The notes below the pieces were generated by a model, which saw only the letters and a list, made by a program, of their open reading frames with translations, was not told the DNA's origin and made no database searches. From an uncultured Actinomycetota bacterium (GTDB lineage Bacteria > Actinomycetota > Actinomycetes > JAHEKZ01): a stretch of 64,000 nt of DNA. The stretch covers positions 288,001 to 352,000 of the forward strand of contig CAWHIJ010000003.1 in NCBI GenBank assembly GCA_963829525.1. Reading direction: 5' to 3'. Positions 20,516-30,314 of the stretch are shown here, one piece after another (position 1 is the stretch's first letter; the number at the start of each line of letters is the position of its first letter). Position numbers and translations under genes: made by a program.

Positions 20516-21847
20516 GTGAGCGCGCTCGACCGACTGAGGCATGTCGTTGGCGCCGAGCATCTCCTCACCGACTCACAGGTGACGTATCCGTACGGAACAG
20601 ATTGGACGGGGCGCTGGTCCGTCGCTCCTGCCGCAGTGGTGCGTCCGGCAAACTGCGGCCAGGTCGCGGCCACCATGCAGGTGTGCGCCAGTGAACGGAT
20701 CGCTGTCGTTCCGCAGGGTGGTAACACGGGTTTGGTCGGTGGTTCTGTCCCCGGCTCGTCCAATGCTGTCGTGCTCTCGCTCAGCAGGCTGACGTCGCAT
20801 TCCGCGGTTGACCGAGTGCGCCGACAGGTCACTGTTGGCGCTGGCGTAACGGTTGCTCAGCTGCAGGCGATAGCGGCCGAAAGTGGGCTCACCTACGGCG
20901 TCGACCTTGCTTCACGTGACTCAGCGACCATTGGCGGCACGATCGCGACCAATGCCGGAGGCGTACGTGTGGTCAGGTTCGGCGACACCCGCGCGCAGGT
21001 GGTCGGCGTCGAGGCCGTCTTCGCCGATGGAAGCTTGATGGATCGCACGACCGCTTTGCCAAAGGATTCCGCGGGCTATGACGTCTCGCGTCTGTTGGTC
21101 GGCAGCGAGGGGACGTTGGCTGTGTTGACCGCCGCCCGCCTGCAGCTCCACGATCCGCTCCCGGCGGGCCGGATCACCGCGCTCGTGGGCGTCCGGTCGC
21201 TTCGTGAGGCGGTTTTGCTGCTTGCCGAGGTCACGCCGTCACGAGACGAGTTGTTGGCCGCCGAGTACATCGACGACGTGGGTATGCAGCTGGTCTGTGA
21301 GGTAGCGGGGCTCCCGCACCCGCTCGCGGGTCGATGGCCCTTCTACCTGCTGATGGAGACCACGAAGACTCCGCAGCTTCCCGAGACAGCCGACGCTGCC
21401 GTCGACCGCAGACTGTGGTCCTACCGCGAGCGGCAACCGGAGGCGGCCGCCACTCTCGGCGTAGGACTCTCCCTCGATATCGCGCTACCGGCAGGCGCTC
21501 TCGATGCATTCCTCGTCCGGCTTCCTGCGCTTGTGTCACCACACCACGTATTCACCTTCGGCCACCTCGCCGAGGGCAACGTGCACGTCCAGGTCAACGG
21601 GCCGGAACCGGATGACCATGGGGCTGCCGATGCCGTGCTCGCTGCGGTGGCGAGCGTCGGGGGCAGCATCAGCTCAGAGCACGGCGTCGGTCGCGCGAAG
21701 CCCCAGTACCTTCGGCTCACCCGCGCATCTGCCGAAATCGATGCGATGCGCGGGATCAAACAGGCTCTTGACCCTCAGGGCCTGCTCAACCCCGGCGTGC
21801 TGTTCACCGCAGATCCACCTGGGAATGCGACCATGTCGGCACCATGA
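20516..21847 (+). CDS. FAD-binding oxidoreductase (D-2-hydroxyacid dehydrogenase/GlcD family)
   Basis: PQGGNTGLVGG, TIGGTIATNAGG, GSEGTL, GHLAEGNVH, SEHGVG, DPQGLLNPG; GTG placed after TAGGCT. Confidence 0.9.
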   Translation: MSALDRLRHVVGAEHLLTDSQVTYPYGTDWTGRWSVAPAAVVRPANCGQVAATMQVCASERIAVVPQGGNTGLVGGSVPGSSNAVVLSLSRLTSHSAVDRVRRQVTVGAGVTVAQLQAIAAESGLTYGVDLASRDSATIGGTIATNAGGVRVVRFGDTRAQVVGVEAVFADGSLMDRTTALPKDSAGYDVSRLLVGSEGTLAVLTAARLQLHDPLPAGRITALVGVRSLREAVLLLAEVTPSRDELLAAEYIDDVGMQLVCEVAGLPHPLAGRWPFYLLMETTKTPQLPETADAAVDRRLWSYRERQPEAAATLGVGLSLDIALPAGALDAFLVRLPALVSPHHVFTFGHLAEGNVHVQVNGPEPDDHGAADAVLAAVASVGGSISSEHGVGRAKPQYLRLTRASAEIDAMRGIKQALDPQGLLNPGVLFTADPPGNATMSAP

Positions 21848-22668
21848 GCTCCGCCAAACCGACGCCGAACCGCCCGCTGGTGATTGCTCACCGAGGTGCG
21901 TCCGAGCACGTACCCGAGCACACGCTGGCCGCGTATGTGCAGGCAATCGACGATGGTGCCGACGGCGTTGAAGCCGACGTGCGGCTCACCGCCGACGGCC
22001 ACCTGGTGTGCGTTCACGACCGACGTATCGACCGCACCTCGAACGGAGAGGGCGTGCTCTCCACGCTCGAACTGGCCGATCTCGAGTCGCTTGACTTCGG
22101 AAGCTGGCAGCAAGCCACCGGTGCCGTCGAGCTGCCCGACCAGGTCAGCGCCGACCAATCCCAGGTGCTCACCCTCGAACGCCTTCTTGAGCTGGTGGTG
22201 GACTCGCCCCGACACATCCAGCTCATGGTCGAGACCAAGCACCCGACTCGGTACGCCGGGCTCGTCGAGCGGCGTCTGGTCGAGATGCTCCGCCGGTTTG
22301 GTCTCGATGGGTGGGTGCCGATCGATGAAGCGCAAGTCACCGTGATGAGCTTCAGCGAGGTCGCGCTGCGCCGCGTCCGACGTCTTGCACCGGGGGTGCC
22401 CTTGGTCATGCTGATGGAGCGAGTTCCTGTCGCCTACCGATCCGGCATGCTTCCGAAGGGCGTCCGCGTTGCCGGCCCCGGGCTTCCTGTCGTCAAGACG
22501 CATCCGCACTACGCGCGTCGCGTGCGCAACGCCGGATCTCGAGTGTTCGTCTGGACCGTCGATGATCCCGCAGACGTCGAGCTGGTCTGCGGCATGGGGG
22601 TGGACGCGATCATCACCAACCGGCCACGCGATGTGCGACGGCAGGTCGACCAGCTGTTTGTGTGCTGA
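21844..22668 (+). CDS. Glycerophosphodiester phosphodiesterase
   Basis: IAHRGAS, PEHT, EADVRLTADG..VCVHD, ETK, WTVDD, IITNRP motifs. Confidence 0.92.
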   Translation: MSSAKPTPNRPLVIAHRGASEHVPEHTLAAYVQAIDDGADGVEADVRLTADGHLVCVHDRRIDRTSNGEGVLSTLELADLESLDFGSWQQATGAVELPDQVSADQSQVLTLERLLELVVDSPRHIQLMVETKHPTRYAGLVERRLVEMLRRFGLDGWVPIDEAQVTVMSFSEVALRRVRRLAPGVPLVMLMERVPVAYRSGMLPKGVRVAGPGLPVVKTHPHYARRVRNAGSRVFVWTVDDPADVELVCGMGVDAIITNRPRDVRRQVDQLFVC

Positions 22669-22697
22669 ACCCCGGCCGCGCCGGGTAGCGGGATGGA

Positions 22698-22735
22698 GCG
22701 AAGTGGCCCACCGTCGTGCTGGTGGGCCACTTCGC
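22698..22735. terminator. Probable bidirectional terminator
   Basis: Perfect 15-bp stem GCGAAGTGGCCCACC/GGTGGGCCACTTCGC between convergent genes. Confidence 0.75.
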
Positions 22736-22751
22736 GAGACTGCCGGACGAG

Positions 22752-23525
22752 TCAGACGGGCGCGATGTCCTCCGGAGACTTCTTGAATCCTTTGAAGGTG
22801 AGATAGATGCCGAGGGACAGCTCCCAGATGAATACGGGCACGGTGCACAGGGCGCTAGGGACCGACGACTGCTCCCAGACCCCGAAGATCGTCGCCGTGG
22901 CCGACAGGAACATAAGTGGTGCGCCGATCAGACCGAGGGTGGGGATGAAGCGTGGGACGAGTCGACCCCGGTACATGACGTAGCCCAGGAACAAGGCGTT
23001 GAAGCCGACGATGAGGCCCGGTCCGAGCAGGAAGGTCCATTGCCGCATCGCGACCAGCGTCTCGCCTGCCATATGAAGGGCATCCGCCTCGTTTCCGGTG
23101 GCACCGGCGAAGTTTGCCTTGAGGGTGACGACCGACAAGATGCCAAGAACGCCGACCATGATGAGCGTCGCCTCGACGACACGGGTCGTAACAAATCCAA
23201 TGGCGGCAGTTCGGCTGACTCGTCTTGTCGCCGGATAGAGCGCGACGGCGGTGGCAATGCAGGACGCGGCAGTAATGACCTCAAGCCACGACCCCCACAG
23301 GACCGAGGTGTTGCTGCCCGTGCCGCCGATGAAGCCAGAGGGATCATCGATGAGTCCGGCGAAGAGCTTCAACTGTGGGATTGAGGCAGCGAACGAGACC
23401 AGGTAGGCGATGCCGCCGGCCAGGGCGACCTTGCGCATCGGGCTCATCCGGCCGATGCGACTTCCGGTTACAGGCTGCGTCTTGAGGGTTGCCGTGGTTA
23501 TTGCGGGGGGTGTTGCCGTGGTCAT
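22752..23525 (-). CDS. DUF4386-type membrane protein
   Basis: About 6 TM; AGGIAYL, LYP, RVVEA, RLVPRFIPTLGLIGAPL, WELSLGIYLTFKGFK pattern. Confidence 0.8.
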   Translation of the reverse strand: MTTATPPAITTATLKTQPVTGSRIGRMSPMRKVALAGGIAYLVSFAASIPQLKLFAGLIDDPSGFIGGTGSNTSVLWGSWLEVITAASCIATAVALYPATRRVSRTAAIGFVTTRVVEATLIMVGVLGILSVVTLKANFAGATGNEADALHMAGETLVAMRQWTFLLGPGLIVGFNALFLGYVMYRGRLVPRFIPTLGLIGAPLMFLSATATIFGVWEQSSVPSALCTVPVFIWELSLGIYLTFKGFKKSPEDIAPV

Positions 23526-23545
23526 GACTGTCTCCCTATTGATGG

Positions 23546-23803
23546 TCAGCTGGATGGGTCAGCTGGGTCGGAATTGGCGGGTGTGACTGAGAGGAGCGGC
23601 AGTCCGAGGTCGGCAAGCTTGCGCAGGACGCCGTGCAGTGCCGCCTGGTCGACGATGTAACCCTCGAGGAGGGTGGTGCCATCGCTGGTTGGTGTCAGAG
23701 CGAAACCGTCGAACCAGTCGGTCCAGCGGGCTGTGAGATGGCCCTTGACCCAGATCTTGTACCGGCCGGAGCCTTCGCTGTGGTTGGTCGGTACGTCTGG
23801 CAT
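23546..23803 (-). CDS. Small conserved hypothetical protein (MalT-cassette partner)
   Basis: YKIWVKGHL..RWTDWFDG..TTLLEG..DQAALHGVLRKLADLGLPLLSV; GAGGAGG RBS. Confidence 0.8.
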   Translation of the reverse strand: MPDVPTNHSEGSGRYKIWVKGHLTARWTDWFDGFALTPTSDGTTLLEGYIVDQAALHGVLRKLADLGLPLLSVTPANSDPADPSS

Positions 23804-23902
23804 GCCGCTCGCCTCCTCAGCTGTTCCTCGTCCTCCTGGTGCTCCGCGGGTACGGACCTTCGAGGACGAGTCGAATGTAGGAAGCGATCTGGTGAGGCGT
23901 CG

Positions 23903-23918
23903 TCACCACATGTGGTGA
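23903..23918. promoter_or_regulatory. Perfect 16-bp palindrome, candidate operator
   Basis: TCACCACATGTGGTGA with extra TGGTGA half-sites at about 23890 and 23925. Confidence 0.7.
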
Positions 23919-23930
23919 GAGAAGTGGTGA

Positions 23931-26687
23931 CTAATCGAGAAGGTCCAGTTCTGCCGCTTGCCGAACGGCTGCGCGGCGGCTGCTCACCTGCAGCTTGCGG
24001 AAGATGTTGCGGCTGTGAGTCCTCAGCGTGTTCAGGGATACATACAGCTCGCGGGCGATCTCGGGTCCGCTCAGATCGGTCGCCAGGAGTCGGAGCACAT
24101 CCAGCTCACGCTCCGACAGTGGTTCGATGAGCTGGCCTTGGTCCGCAGCGACGGCCTGGGGAGTCTCGCCCCGTTGGGTTGCCACGAGCACCTTGTCGAC
24201 ATAGGCGGTATCTCCGTCGATGCCTTCCTTCCCGAGGGACCTCAGGATCGGAACGAGCGGCGCTCCCTCGTCAGCGAACACCCGGACATACCCCTCAGGC
24301 TTCGCGAGCGCCAGCGCACGACGCAATGCATCGAGTGCTGCCAATCGCTCGCCCTTTGACTCGTGTGCAAGCGCGAGCACGACGAGGATCTCGATCTCGG
24401 ATCCAACGCGATCCCCTGTTGCAGCCGCCGCTCGCAGTCGGTCGAGCAGAGCGATGGCCCGGTCGAGTGCCGACGCGTCGCCGAGGGCGTTGTGCTGCGC
24501 AAGCAGGACGCGGGCAAGAGTGACGTGTTCGTACTCACGCAGGTAGGACAGCTCGTCGTCATCTCTCAGTCCCGCTGTACCGACCCACGCCTCGGCGTCG
24601 ACGAGCTCACCCCTGTGTAGCTGTAGCCGCGTGCGTACGGCGGGTACCGGTTGGACGTTTGGGGAGTAGTCGCCGTTGTAGGCGCGGTCCGCCTCGTCGA
24701 GCAGCTCGAGGGCGGCGTCGACCTCGCCTCGTGCCTCCCTGAGCCGGGCAGCCACCACACGCCGTCGATAGGGGTTCTGCGGAAGACCGAGGTGGTCACC
24801 CAGACGTTCGCCGAGCGTCAGGTGCTCCGCGGCACCAGCCAGGTCGTCGCGCTCCATCAGCACGCTTGCAATGCCGGTATGCATGTCCGCAGCTCCACGC
24901 ACCGGGGCGTCTCCAGGTTCAGCTGCGGCGAACTCCAAAGCACCTCGATAGTTGCGCAGCGCGTCGCTCAGTCGGCCCTGTGTGCGGCGAAGGTCGCCCA
25001 AGGCGATGCAGAGACCAAGGACATCGGCTACGTGCCCCGCACGACGCAACCCGATGGCTGACCTCTCGTAGGCCCCGACGGCACCAGCAATGTCTCCCAT
25101 GGCCCAGGATGCAAGTCCTGCCAGCGCTCCCGCTGCCGACTGCACGAGATCGTCATCAGGCGGCGCCAACAAGAGCGCCTCGCTGGCACGGGCTACCGTG
25201 GTCGCAAGGTCGCCCGCCACGAGAGCGAGCGCTGCTCGGTACATCTCCACACTCGCCGGCACGGAGCGGTAGCGCTCGGTGTCAACGACGATGACGCCGA
25301 CCGGAGGCGACTCGGGCCAGGGGCCACCGCCCGGTCGCAGGAGGTTCTCGACGTCGTCCAAACGCTGCGCAACAGTCTCGAAGGCTGACACCTGAGCGAG
25401 GGCCCCGATGATGCCGACGGCGAGTACTGGTCTCCGCTGCACGACCGAGTCCGGGAGGGAGTGCACCCAACGGGCCAGTTCGGCTTCTCGCCGGTCGCGC
25501 TGCATGGCGGGCAACGCCAGCTCCATGAGAGCCGCGGCACGATCGAAGTCCCCGCCGGCCAACGAGTGTCGGACCGCTTCTGCCGCATCACCGCTCTGTT
25601 GAAGCCACTCGGCGGCACGTAGGTGAAGGTCGGCGAGCCACTCCGGGCTGCGTTCACTGACGTGCGAACGCAGGACATCAGCGAAGAGGTGGTGATATCG
25701 GTACCACTGCCGGTGGTCATCCAGCGCGATGAGAAACAGGTTGGCGCGCTCGAGCTCAACCAGGGTCGCTGTCCCCCGGGTCTCCCCAGTGACAGCATCG
25801 CAAAGAGGGCCCGTGAGGCGATCGAGCACCGAAGTGGCCAGCAGAAAGTCACAGATGCCAGCTGGCTGACGGTCCAGTACCTCGTCGACCAGGTAGTCGA
25901 CGATGAAACGCTCATCGCCGGCGAATTTGGCGACAGCATCACTGGGATCGACGCGGTCCCGCAGGGACAGCCCCGCTAGCTGAAGGGCGGCGGCCCACCC
26001 TTCAGTACGGTCGGTGAGAGTGGCGATGTCGGAGTCCGTCAACGCCAATCCCATCGTCCCTGTCAGATAGGCGGTCGCCTCGGTGTCGGTGAATCGCAGG
26101 TCTGCGGAACGCACCTCGACCAGTTCACTTCGGGCACGCAGTCGTGCAAGTGGAAGTGGCGGGTCTGAGCGCGTCGCAAGCATCAGGTGCATATGCGGCG
26201 GCTGGTTCTCCAGCAGGAACGTCAGTTCCTTGTGTATGGCGCGCGCCTCGATGACGTGGTAATCGTCAAGGACGAGCAGGATCTCGTCAGGCCACGCCGC
26301 AAGGTCGTTGACCAGGCTGACCAGCGCGTCGTCGACAGACGTCTGTGGTGACGTCAAGAGCTGGAGCGCCTCGGTGCCGACTCCTCCGGAGTGGTCGGTC
26401 GCGTTGCGCAGCGCCGTGAAGACGTATGTCCAGAAAGTGATGGGGTCGTTGTCACGGTCATCGAGAGAAACCCACGCAATCGCCGACCCGCCGATCGGGT
26501 TGGTGGGTTGGGTCTCGGCCAGCCACTGCGTCAGCAGTGTGGTCTTTCCGAACCCAGCGGGCGCGGAGACCAGCGTGAGTCGTGACCGACCTGCCGGCCC
26601 CAGCCGTTCGAGCAGCCGCGGACGCACCACTCCGACTTCTCGGAGGCCCGGGATGTGCAGCTTCGTCGAGACCAGTGGTGCTACCAC
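23931..26687 (-). CDS. MalT-like STAND ATPase / LuxR-HTH regulator
   Basis: TKLHIP, Walker [35 protein letters not shown]-terminal LuxR HTH (LSERELDVL...SLNTLRTH); start approximate. Confidence 0.92.
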   Translation of the reverse strand: MVAPLVSTKLHIPGLREVGVVRPRLLERLGPAGRSRLTLVSAPAGFGKTTLLTQWLAETQPTNPIGGSAIAWVSLDDRDNDPITFWTYVFTALRNATDHSGGVGTEALQLLTSPQTSVDDALVSLVNDLAAWPDEILLVLDDYHVIEARAIHKELTFLLENQPPHMHLMLATRSDPPLPLARLRARSELVEVRSADLRFTDTEATAYLTGTMGLALTDSDIATLTDRTEGWAAALQLAGLSLRDRVDPSDAVAKFAGDERFIVDYLVDEVLDRQPAGICDFLLATSVLDRLTGPLCDAVTGETRGTATLVELERANLFLIALDDHRQWYRYHHLFADVLRSHVSERSPEWLADLHLRAAEWLQQSGDAAEAVRHSLAGGDFDRAAALMELALPAMQRDRREAELARWVHSLPDSVVQRRPVLAVGIIGALAQVSAFETVAQRLDDVENLLRPGGGPWPESPPVGVIVVDTERYRSVPASVEMYRAALALVAGDLATTVARASEALLLAPPDDDLVQSAAGALAGLASWAMGDIAGAVGAYERSAIGLRRAGHVADVLGLCIALGDLRRTQGRLSDALRNYRGALEFAAAEPGDAPVRGAADMHTGIASVLMERDDLAGAAEHLTLGERLGDHLGLPQNPYRRRVVAARLREARGEVDAALELLDEADRAYNGDYSPNVQPVPAVRTRLQLHRGELVDAEAWVGTAGLRDDDELSYLREYEHVTLARVLLAQHNALGDASALDRAIALLDRLRAAAATGDRVGSEIEILVVLALAHESKGERLAALDALRRALALAKPEGYVRVFADEGAPLVPILRSLGKEGIDGDTAYVDKVLVATQRGETPQAVAADQGQLIEPLSERELDVLRLLATDLSGPEIARELYVSLNTLRTHSRNIFRKLQVSSRRAAVRQAAELDLLD

Positions 26688-26889
26688 GGCAGGTCTCGAC
26701 CGCCCTTCGACGGACCACCCTCGCACATCACATCTCCCACAGTCCCATGGTGCGAGTGTTCGGCACGAGTACCCGCAGGATGGCTTCGGCTCGCCCCCTA
26801 GCGAGATCGTCATCTCGTGCCGAACACGTACTGTGGCGTAGCGCCGACGTCGGTCGTAGTAGCTACTCGCGTAGAAGGGTTTCATGCAG

Positions 26890-27837
26890 ATGAGCAAGCG
26901 CCGCGGCAGTCACCGTAGTTCCGCGTCCCCATCGACCGAAGGCGACGTCCCGGTCGTCGGAGGGCGCGAGCCCTGCCCGTGCGGCAGCGGCCGACGGTAC
27001 AAGGCCTGCCACGGCAAGGCGGCCGCGACCCAGCATCGCGTTGTCCGACCATTTGCAGGCATGGCGTCCGAGCCTGACTGGGTGGCGTTGCACGACCTCG
27101 TTCCGGCCGCGACGGCAACGCTGACGCCCAAGGAGGAGGGGCGCTCGGTCACGCTCTGCACACTGCTGCCGATGGCCTGGCCGGCGCTCGTTCGCCAGAA
27201 CGGGGAAGTCTTGCTCGGGGCGCAGACCCAGACCTCGTCAGCGGACGTCGCGCGCGACCTTGGCGACGCCCTGGCCCGAGCATTGGTGGCCGAGCCGGGC
27301 AACCCGGTGCCACCGCGTCCGCTCCCTCCTGACGCGCCGCACCTGGCCGACTTGATCGATGTCGATCGGCCGCTGGAGGTCTTGATCCACACCGGTTTCG
27401 ACTATTGGCTCGAGGACGTGGAGGCAGCCGACGAGAGCGCTCGAGCTGGCCTCGAGCGTGCCAACGAGGTAGCCACCCCCACTGCCCGCCTCGCCTCGGT
27501 CGATGGTGCCTACTGGATGCAGCTCGGTGAACGCCGACAGGTGCGGTGGGTGTTGCCAGAGGATGAAGCACCACTGGTCGATGCGCTGGCAAGGCTGCAG
27601 GTTGCTGCGGGCCTCGAGCTCGCCAGCGGCACCCGGTTCCTGGGATCGTTCCGCGCCAGCGGTTTGGTCGTCCCGGTATGGGATCTGCCTGAGGGCACCG
27701 AGGTGGACGAGGTCGAGGACGCCGCTGCCGAGTTCCGAGCCCGGCTGGACGCTGCACTTGCTGAGGAGGCGCCGCTCTCTGGTGCCGGTCGTCGAGCCCG
27801 CGAGTCGCTCCGGGCCCGACAGCTGACGGTTCACTGA
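26890..27837 (+). CDS. DUF5926 family protein with SEC-C motif
   Basis: [47 protein letters not shown]. Confidence 0.85.
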   Translation: MSKRRGSHRSSASPSTEGDVPVVGGREPCPCGSGRRYKACHGKAAATQHRVVRPFAGMASEPDWVALHDLVPAATATLTPKEEGRSVTLCTLLPMAWPALVRQNGEVLLGAQTQTSSADVARDLGDALARALVAEPGNPVPPRPLPPDAPHLADLIDVDRPLEVLIHTGFDYWLEDVEAADESARAGLERANEVATPTARLASVDGAYWMQLGERRQVRWVLPEDEAPLVDALARLQVAAGLELASGTRFLGSFRASGLVVPVWDLPEGTEVDEVEDAAAEFRARLDAALAEEAPLSGAGRRARESLRARQLTVH

Positions 27838-27867
27838 CGGGGGCACTGACGGGTGCACTGACGGTGG
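27832..27867 (+). repeat. 12-bp period tandem repeat, core CACTGACGG, 3 copies
   Basis: Core at 27832, 27844 and 27856; partial copy at 27823. Confidence 0.8.
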
Positions 27868-27958
27868 TCCCGGAGATGCTGAATCGTCATTCGTCAAGGG
27901 TTGGTCAACAACACCAGATGGTCTTGCGAGTGGGCCGGTCATGTGGGCAGAGTGGGGG

Positions 27959-28017
27959 AGGTCCGAACGTCACTGTATCCCCCGTCGGTGGCGTTCGGAC
28001 CTTTATCTTTTCACTTT
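27959..28017 (+). terminator. Intrinsic terminator with C-rich loop (possible sRNA 3' end)
   Basis: AGGTCCGAACGTCAC/GTGGCGTTCGGACCT stem, loop TATCCCCCGT, then TTATCTTTTCACTTT. Confidence 0.7.
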
Positions 28018-28077
28018 CCGGAACGCAACCTGCACATAGTGTGCAACCCCGACGCGAGGCCATGACCCCGTTGAGGG

Positions 28078-28686
28078 CTACCAGATCCCAGCAGCTTCGG
28101 CGAGCGTCACCATGGCGAGCACGGCAAGCAGAGTCCCCGAGATCCGCTGCACGACCGCGAACCGAACCCGAGTCACCAACCACCGTCCCGCCAATGCGGC
28201 GAGCCCGGCTACCAGACTGAGGGCAACCCAGGCGCCGAGCCAGACCTCCACTGGGGAGTTGTACCTGGCCGAAAGACTCGCAGTCGTCAGCTGGGACAGG
28301 TCTCCCCACTCGGCGGCGAAGAGCACAAGGAACGACACGGTGAACGCTCGGGCGTGGCCCTTGCGCACCACGTCCTCCACCGCCTCCGCCTCCTCGACCT
28401 CCTCCCGTTCTGTGTCGATGTGTCCAGCACCCCGGAACATCAGGACAGAGCCCAGAGCAAACAGGGCGGCCGTGACCAGTTGGACGAGGGTCTTGGGCAA
28501 CAGCCCCAGCAGCTGACCGGCTGCCACCGCAATGGTTGTCTGAACCGCGAAGGCCGCACTCACCCCGAGCCAAACCACGACGGGCCGGTAACGGGTCGAG
28601 AGCACGAGCGTGGCGATGAAGGTCTTGTCCGGCAGCTCAGCCGGGATGATCAGTGCCAGCGTGACAAAGAGGGCAGCCAGATCCAC
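28078..28686 (-). CDS. TMEM165/GDT1 (UPF0016) Mn/Ca transporter
   Basis: Two signature repeats ELPDKT and EWGDLSQ; GTG 7 nt after TACAGT. Confidence 0.9.
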   Translation of the reverse strand: MDLAALFVTLALIIPAELPDKTFIATLVLSTRYRPVVVWLGVSAAFAVQTTIAVAAGQLLGLLPKTLVQLVTAALFALGSVLMFRGAGHIDTEREEVEEAEAVEDVVRKGHARAFTVSFLVLFAAEWGDLSQLTTASLSARYNSPVEVWLGAWVALSLVAGLAALAGRWLVTRVRFAVVQRISGTLLAVLAMVTLAEAAGIW

Positions 28687-28768
28687 GAACCGGACTGTAG
28701 CGCCGGCGGTCGGTGGACGGATGGGGGCCGCTAGCCTGGGGTCTCCTCCCCCGACGCATGGGACGCCT

Positions 28769-29275
28769 GTGACTTCGCTCGATGTTGACCCAGACCTGAT
28801 AGCAGTCACTGCGATCGCCGCCGCCGCTGTCGCCCTGCTGGGGCTGCTGCTGTCAGTGGTCGTCGCGCTACGTATCCGACGTATGCGGCGCCAGTACCTC
28901 GCGTTGCAGGACGGTGGTGACGGTGAGTCGTTCCTTGAGGCGGTAACGCGCCAGGGTGAGGCTGTGACGAGTCTGCGTTCTGAGGTCGAGTCACTGAGGA
29001 CGGACGTGCAGCGGCTGCGGGTCGACCTCGCCGACGCGATCCGCCACGTCGCCGTCGTGCGCTACGACGCCTTCAACGACATGGGCGGTCGTATGTCCTT
29101 CTCGGCTGCGCTGCTCGATGATGCCGGGGACGGCGTCGTCATCAGCTCGATCAATGGACGGACCGAGACCCGCACCTATGCCAAGGGAGTCAAGAGCGGG
29201 GTGAGTGAAGCAGAACTGTCGCCCGAAGAGGTGCAGGTGATCGGCTACGCGCGCGCGAGCCATCCTCGCGCGTAG
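28769..29275 (+). CDS. DUF4446 family membrane-anchored protein
   Basis: TM, coiled coil, then VRYDAFNDMGGRMSFSAALLD..G.VISSINGR.ETRTYAK. Confidence 0.82.
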   Translation: MTSLDVDPDLIAVTAIAAAAVALLGLLLSVVVALRIRRMRRQYLALQDGGDGESFLEAVTRQGEAVTSLRSEVESLRTDVQRLRVDLADAIRHVAVVRYDAFNDMGGRMSFSAALLDDAGDGVVISSINGRTETRTYAKGVKSGVSEAELSPEEVQVIGYARASHPRA

Positions 29276-29310
29276 GCCTGACCGCGACGCGTCTGCAATA
29301 GGCTCCCCTG

Positions 29311-30257
29311 GTGTCCTCTGACCTCCGCCTTCAGGTTCGGCCGCCCGCTACGGATTTCTTGGACCAGCGGGCACCTTCACCGAGGCAGCCCTGCTGCAGT
29401 GGCTCGGTGACCGAGCGGTCGAGGTCGTGCCCTACGCCACCGTCGACACGGCTGTGGACGCGGTGCGCGCCGGCGAGGTCGCCGGTGCGATGGTGCCGCT
29501 GGAGAACTCCGTCGAAGGTTCGGTCACTGCGACCATCGACGCCCTCGCCGGCGGACCTGGTCTGGCGATCATCGCTGAGGCGCAGGTTCCCGTCTCGTTT
29601 TCCTTGGTGGCCCGGCCAGGGTGGACGCTCGAGCGGGTGCGCGGAGTCACAACCCACCCGCACGCGCATGCTCAGTGCCGACGCTGGCTTGCCGACCAGC
29701 TGCCTGGCGTCCCGGTCACCTTCGCACCGTCGACGGCGATGGCGGCGTCCATGGTGGCCGATGGTGAGCACGACGCGGCCATCTCCGCTCCCCTCGCCGC
29801 GGCGGTCTACGGGCTGGACCAGCTCGCGTCCAACATCGGCGATCGTCCGGCCGAGACCCGATTCGTCCTGATCAGCACTCCGCAGCCGCCGCAGCCGGCC
29901 ACCGGCGCTGACAAGACGTCGCTCGTTCTCTTCATGGGCCAAGACCACCCTGGCGCGCTGCTGGAGATCCTCACGGAGTTCGCCGTGCGGGGAGTCAACC
30001 TGACCCGGATCGAGAGCCGGCCCACCGGTGGCGGGATCGGCGACTATTTCTTCTCCGTTGACGTCGAGGGACACCTTGACGACGCCCGGGTGGGTGAGGC
30101 GTTGATGGGGCTGCGTCGCGTGTGCGCCGAGGTGCTTTACCTAGGATCCTTTCCCCGACTCGATGGCCAGGCTCCGGCCATCCGGCGCGGTGTCGCCGAC
30201 GAGGAGTTCGCCCAGGCGCAGGCCTGGCTGACCCGGATCCGTGAGGGCCGCGGCTGA
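29311..30257 (+). CDS. pheA: Prephenate dehydratase (apparent 1-nt deletion near 29322)
   Basis: FLGPAGTFTE, PLENSVEG, TRF, ACT domain LTRIESRP. The GTG at 29311 follows TAGGCT but is out of frame with the body, which has TGA at 29319. Confidence 0.9.
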
Positions 30258-30314
30258 TTGGTCAGGAGCGGCGGCGGGCTTAACCTCCCCGGGGGTCCTG
30301 CCGATGGCCCCAGT

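Noticed and set aside
28687-28768. yybP-ykoY manganese riboswitch before the TMEM165 gene
   Set aside because: Only about 80 nt to the divergent gene, the gene appears leaderless, and I saw no riboswitch core.
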